A program made the translations under genes and the position numbers. The notes beneath the pieces were generated by a model. That model saw only the letters and a program-made list of their open reading frames with translations. It was not told the origin of the DNA and searched no databases. A stretch of DNA of 64,000 nucleotides from Prasinococcaceae sp. CCMP 1430 (lineage: Eukaryota; Plantae; Prasinodermophyta), in contig RQSC01001231.1 in assembly GCA_013416795.1 (NCBI GenBank), positions 2,514-66,513 on the forward strand, written 5' to 3'. The first letter of the stretch is position 1; each line of letters begins with the position of its first letter. Below, one piece after another: positions 59,766 through 64,000 of the stretch.

Positions 59766-60133
59766 NNNNNNNNNNNNNNNNNNNNNNNNNNNNNNNNNNN
59801 NNNNNNNNNNNNNNNNNNNNNNNNNNNNNNNNNNNNNNNNNNNNNNNNNNNNNNNNNNNNNNNNNNNNNNNNNNNNNNNNNNNNNNNNNNNNNNNNNNNN
59901 NNNNNNNNNNNNNNNNNNNNNNNNNNNNNNNNNNNNNNNNNNNNNNNNNNNNNNNNNNNNNNNNNNNNNNNNNNNNNNNNNNNNNNNNNNNNNNNNNNNN
60001 NNNNNNNNNNNNNNNNNNNNNNNNNNNNNNNNNNNNNNNNNNNNNNNNNNNNNNNNNNNNNNNNNNNNNNNNNNNNNNNNNNNNNNNNNNNNNNNNNNNN
60101 NNNNNNNNNNNNNNNNNNNNNNNNNNNNNNNNN
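59766..60133. other. Assembly gap (368 N)
   Basis: Run of N. Confidence 1.
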
Positions 60134-60371
60134 GGGGCGCCCGGGAGCTCGCGCGCCCCTCCTCGCTGCGGCGAGGGGGCGCGCGCTGGGCGCGCGCGCG
60201 CGCCCAGCGCTGGGAGCTGGGTGCGAACGCGAGTGCCGCTTTGGGTGCGCGAAAATGCGGTGATGAAATGCGGCGCGGCATCGCGGGGCCGCCGCTGACT
60301 GACGCGGCGTCGCACTGTGCCCTTCCGCCCGGACCCTTCCTCATCCCCCCCCCTCCCGGGACGCGCACTAG

Positions 60372-61269
60372 ATCTCGACGCGCACCGACGTCAAGGCCGA
60401 TGGCACAGGCTCGGTTGGCCAGTGCGACGTGGTGGCGTCGCGCGACTTCAACGGCGTGACGGCCACGCTGACGGTCAAGCCCAAGCTCCCGGGCTTCTCG
60501 ACCTCGGGCCTCAGCGGCACCGACATCTCGGCATCCGCGGACCTCGTGCTCTCGTCCAACAGTACGTCACGCGAGCTGTCGATCACCTCGACCTCGCGCC
60601 AGCGTGCTTTTGCTTGCGTGCGCAAACGCGTGCGGTTCCTCGCGTGGCGGAGACGCGCGTGCGCGCGCGCGCGCTGGGGAGAGATGGGCGCCGCGCGTCC
60701 CGCAGCGCGACGTGCGCGCGTTGACGCGATCGCCAACGCGCACACCCCCGCTCCTCGCCGCAGACGTGACCGCGACCTTCGACGGTATCGACGCGGGCAT
60801 GTCCTCGATCGAGGCCCCTCGCATTGGCTACAAGCACAACCTCGAGGCCGGCGGCAACACCTACGGCCTGGCGGCGACCTTCGTGCGCAAGGGCAACTCG
60901 GACGCGAAGAACAGCGACGACACCATCAAGCTTGCGTGCACCATGCCCAAGTTTGAGGGCATCGGTTCGAAGCTGGAGTACGACACCCTGTCCAAGAAGG
61001 CGTCCGTGACTGCCGACAAGGCCTTCAACGACACCAAGGCCAAGATCAAGGTGGACGCCAAGGACGGCAGCGTGTCGTGGAAGGCGACCGTCTCGCACCC
61101 GCTGCCGGAGGGCGTGGGTCTCACCGCCGACATCAACAACAAGCAGGCTGGTACCATTGCGCTCGCTAAGGACGCCTTCACCCTCGAGATGCCGTACTCG
61201 GTTTCGGGCGGCGTGACCGCCTCGAGCGCCAAGCTCAAGTACAAGTGGAGCACCACGCTCGACCTGTAG
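60372..61269 (+). CDS. Beta-barrel porin-like protein (OEP24/VDAC-like); 5' exon probably in the gap; intron 60562-60763
   Basis: Alternating hydrophobic/polar strands rich in K, T, S and G, a terminal strand AKLKYKWSTTLDL, very strong codon bias, and an in-frame splice (phase 1). The family call is tentative. Confidence 0.55.
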
Positions 61270-61608
61270 GCGCCGCGTTTGCCGGGGAGATCGTTAATTC
61301 CATGTGATCTTTTGCAGACTTCGGACCCCTCCGCGCACTGTCCCCTCGTTGCTCCTGCGCCTGCCGCACGACCTGCGCGTGCGCGGCGCCGGCAGGCGCC
61401 TGTCCTCCCCGCGCGAGCCAGCTGCCCTCGCGCGGCGGCAGCATTGGTGCCAAGTACGTCTAGTACCTGGGCCTTTCAAGACATACATATCGTACAACGT
61501 CGCGCGCCTCTGGGCGCACTGAGTCTCGCTGCGTGCGCTTGGGTGCGAACTCCAATGGGCAGTCTCGACAACGTGCCATGATACATGCGCGCGCCGTGCG
61601 CGGGCCAG

Positions 61609-63600
61609 TCAAGAGTGTCCCCATCCGGTGAGCCAACTGAACGCTGAGCGTACACGCTGCAGCATCGTCCCGACTGCCGAGAGACCAGAAGTTTGGTCGG
61701 TGAGCCTGGACGCCGCTGCAACGGCGGCGCGCGGAGCATTCGCTTCGAGCGCTGCGAAGGTACGAGCGCATGCTACGCGACTGTCAACCGTCGGAGACAC
61801 ACGTATTTCCCCCTCAGGCACCGACTCTCGCTCGCTCTCACCAGCACGCACGACCAGCTCGACCGCATGGCCGCTGCCTGCTGCCCTTTGCTCTCCAACC
61901 TCGGCCTCCGAGACGATTTCAATTCCACCGGCTGACGCTGCCTCAAGCGCACTGGCGATGTCATCGCGCACGTCCTGCGCGAAGCCTGCGAGGCACACAC
62001 GACGGGGCACCACTGTCACGGTGCGCAAATGTCGCACGAACGGCGTGCGCCAGCCGAGTTCCACACGAGCCGCCGCAGCGCCGACCCCACGCGTCTGAGC
62101 CGATAGCGCAGAGCTGCTGCCAAATGGCAGCGACAGCACCTGCCATGCATCCGTACTTGCGTCGCCGCGCAGTGCGGGGCCCGCAGCGACCTCAGGCATC
62201 GACTCCCCCCCCTGAAACAATCGCACCCTGAGGTAGGGTGCGATGTCGATTTTCGAATGCAGAGCCACGTGCATGTGCCGCTCCGTGTTTCCTCCGTCAC
62301 TTGGGACCCGGGGCAGAGCTGCCAGCGCAACCGCATGCTCGATGGCAGGCTCCAGTGCCACCGTTCCAAAGCCGCACTTCCCAGCGAGCAGATGCATCCC
62401 GCGAGGTTTCGACCGTGCGCGCGCGAGTGCGTCGCGGCACACGTGCGCCAGGCTCCCCTGGTACGTCGGCATGCGATGGCTGGTGAACGCGCCGAAAAGC
62501 GAGCTCGCGGCGGCCCTGCCGGCACGTCGCGTCGCGAGCGCTGCTTTGCCTTCGCGCTCCTCGGCCGAGGAGCGCTGGGCGACGCCAGACCGTCCGATAG
62601 AAAGCTGTTGCCCGAAGTGCGCGAAAATGGGCAGGCCGAGGCTGACACCGACGTTGTCCACTCGGCCCCCGCGCGCCGCCCTTTGGTGCTTCTCCTCCGA
62701 TTGCCCAATTTCCTGAGCCGGTGCTGCGAGCTGCATCTTCGCGAGCCTCGGTAGCCTCCAGAATGCGCGCTTGCGGGAGGTTCCTTCGTTCCGCTGCGGC
62801 GGGGCGGCGGCGAGAGACACGGAGAGCAAATATGGCACGATGTCGGCCGGCGTGCAGTAGTTGCTGAATTTGTTCGCGAGCCCGGGAGCCGCTGTCACTC
62901 TGCGGCCGATCTCGCCACCGCAGCACGCGGGCGCGCCGAACGCAAAGCAGCGCAGCGAGAGCTTCCGCTCGGCGGCGCTGCCGCGCTCGGCTGTGGCCAT
63001 TAGGCGCAGCGTTGCTAGCGTTGACACGGCGCCGCCCAGTGAGTGGCCGCACAGCACGATGCGCGCCGCGCCCACCGCGGTCGCTGTGTCGAGCAGCAGT
63101 TGCATCGGCATGGAGCGTGCGCGCCTGAGGAAACCAGCGTGCGCCGCGAGCGTCGCGCCACCACCAGCGCGATCAGCAACGGCTTGCGGGAGCTCCTCCA
63201 GGGGGAACGCCACGGCACGCGCGTCCGCGTCCGCCAGGATGTCCATCGTCTTCTTGGTGCCCATGAACGCCGCGAACAGCACCAGGCCGCCCTTGTCGGC
63301 GCCGCCCCCGAGCGCGAGCAGGCACTTCTGTGGCGCGGCCTTGGCCGACTCAATGCTGACCTGCATAGAATGCACAGGGTTCGCGAGGCCCTCCCACTGC
63401 TCCAGCCGTACCGCGACCACCCTCTTGATGCCCTCGTCCGTCTGCGAGTACACGGCCTCGGCGAGCGCTGCTGCGGTAAGCGCATCGCCCGCATCGGCTG
63501 CTGACGCGCAGTGCAGGATCGCCGCCACGTCCGGCCGCTCGCCGCCGCCGCCGTCGCGGCCGCGGCCCCATGTGAGCGCGCGCGGCCACGACGCCCACAT
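61609..63600 (-). CDS. Second class 3 lipase-like protein with a C-terminal extension
   Basis: FAAFMGTK, HAGF, CGHSLGGAV, FAFGAP, DIVP and a distal H (SHRM). Confidence 0.85.
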   Translation of the reverse strand: MWASWPRALTWGRGRDGGGGERPDVAAILHCASAADAGDALTAAALAEAVYSQTDEGIKRVVAVRLEQWEGLANPVHSMQVSIESAKAAPQKCLLALGGGADKGGLVLFAAFMGTKKTMDILADADARAVAFPLEELPQAVADRAGGGATLAAHAGFLRRARSMPMQLLLDTATAVGAARIVLCGHSLGGAVSTLATLRLMATAERGSAAERKLSLRCFAFGAPACCGGEIGRRVTAAPGLANKFSNYCTPADIVPYLLSVSLAAAPPQRNEGTSRKRAFWRLPRLAKMQLAAPAQEIGQSEEKHQRAARGGRVDNVGVSLGLPIFAHFGQQLSIGRSGVAQRSSAEEREGKAALATRRAGRAAASSLFGAFTSHRMPTYQGSLAHVCRDALARARSKPRGMHLLAGKCGFGTVALEPAIEHAVALAALPRVPSDGGNTERHMHVALHSKIDIAPYLRVRLFQGGESMPEVAAGPALRGDASTDAWQVLSLPFGSSSALSAQTRGVGAAAARVELGWRTPFVRHLRTVTVVPRRVCLAGFAQDVRDDIASALEAASAGGIEIVSEAEVGEQRAAGSGHAVELVVRAGESERESVPEGEIRVSPTVDSRVACARTFAALEANAPRAAVAAASRLTDQTSGLSAVGTMLQRVRSAFSWLTGWGHS

Positions 63601-63620
63601 GGCACGCGCCGCCCACCGGA

Positions 63621-63955
63621 CGGCGGTCCGCGGGCGCACGCCCGGCGGTGAGGTCGAGGAGGGGGGGGCGCGGCGCGCGCCCAGCCAGGCCCCGCCTCTC
63701 CATCCCCGCCTCGTTCGGCCCTCCACGTTGCCGCGCGGCCGGCCGCCGCCGCCGCTGCGGTAATCAGGCCGGGAGTGCGGAGAGGGCCGAGACGCGGGCC
63801 AGCCAGCAGCATGGTGCGCCGAGGCCGCCTCCCTCCGGCCATGCGCCCATCTCGATCGGTCGGTGCCGCCGACAGGGACAGGGACACGCTCCATCCGACG
63901 ATGCGCTCACCCCCCCATCCCCTTCGGTCGGGGAGCCTCCCGTGCGCTCGCACCC
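63621..63955. repeat. 335-bp direct repeat, copy 2
   Basis: Matches 59389-59723. Confidence 0.93.
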
Positions 63956-64000
63956 CCTCGCCTGTGCTTGGCTCTGTCCCCGTTCACCGCCCGCGCATCC

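Noticed and set aside
59107-60459. Long ORFs containing X runs
   Set aside because: They are artefacts of translating through the 368-N gap.
57509-63894. PP2C and lipase ORFs with identical N-termini (MERVPVPVGG...)
   Set aside because: Both simply read into the 335-bp repeat; the real starts are probably at 58867 and 63600.

Overview
Gene-dense, very GC-rich eukaryotic nuclear DNA with short GT-AG introns. The gene content (BTA1-type betaine lipid synthase, BOR-type transporter, PabA-PabB fusion, plastid-type LPAAT) points to a green alga, probably prasinophyte-like; the taxon is an inference. About 20 genes are recognisable, in order: full-size ABCB transporter (runs off the left edge), SLC4/BOR transporter, secreted Cys-rich LNR/PSI-like repeat protein, class 3 lipase, ADC synthase, BTA1, LRR fragment, LPAAT, HD-domain nucleotidase, BED-finger/short-asparaginase fusion, IPT/TIG repeat protein, DEAD-box helicase, Dispatched-like RND protein, BolA, two TTL-family ligases, SurE, PPOX-like protein, PP2C, a beta-barrel porin-like protein and a second lipase. 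There are also a few hypothetical genes. Several apparently exact duplications are visible: the ABCB NBD1/NBD2 pair, a 577-bp tandem, a 335-bp direct repeat, and intragenic modules. The assembly is draft quality, with one 368-N gap and several single-N joins. No rRNA, tRNA, CRISPR array or intact transposon was recognised. Most listed ORFs are GC-rich shadow frames. All family calls come from motif recognition by eye; no database search was run.
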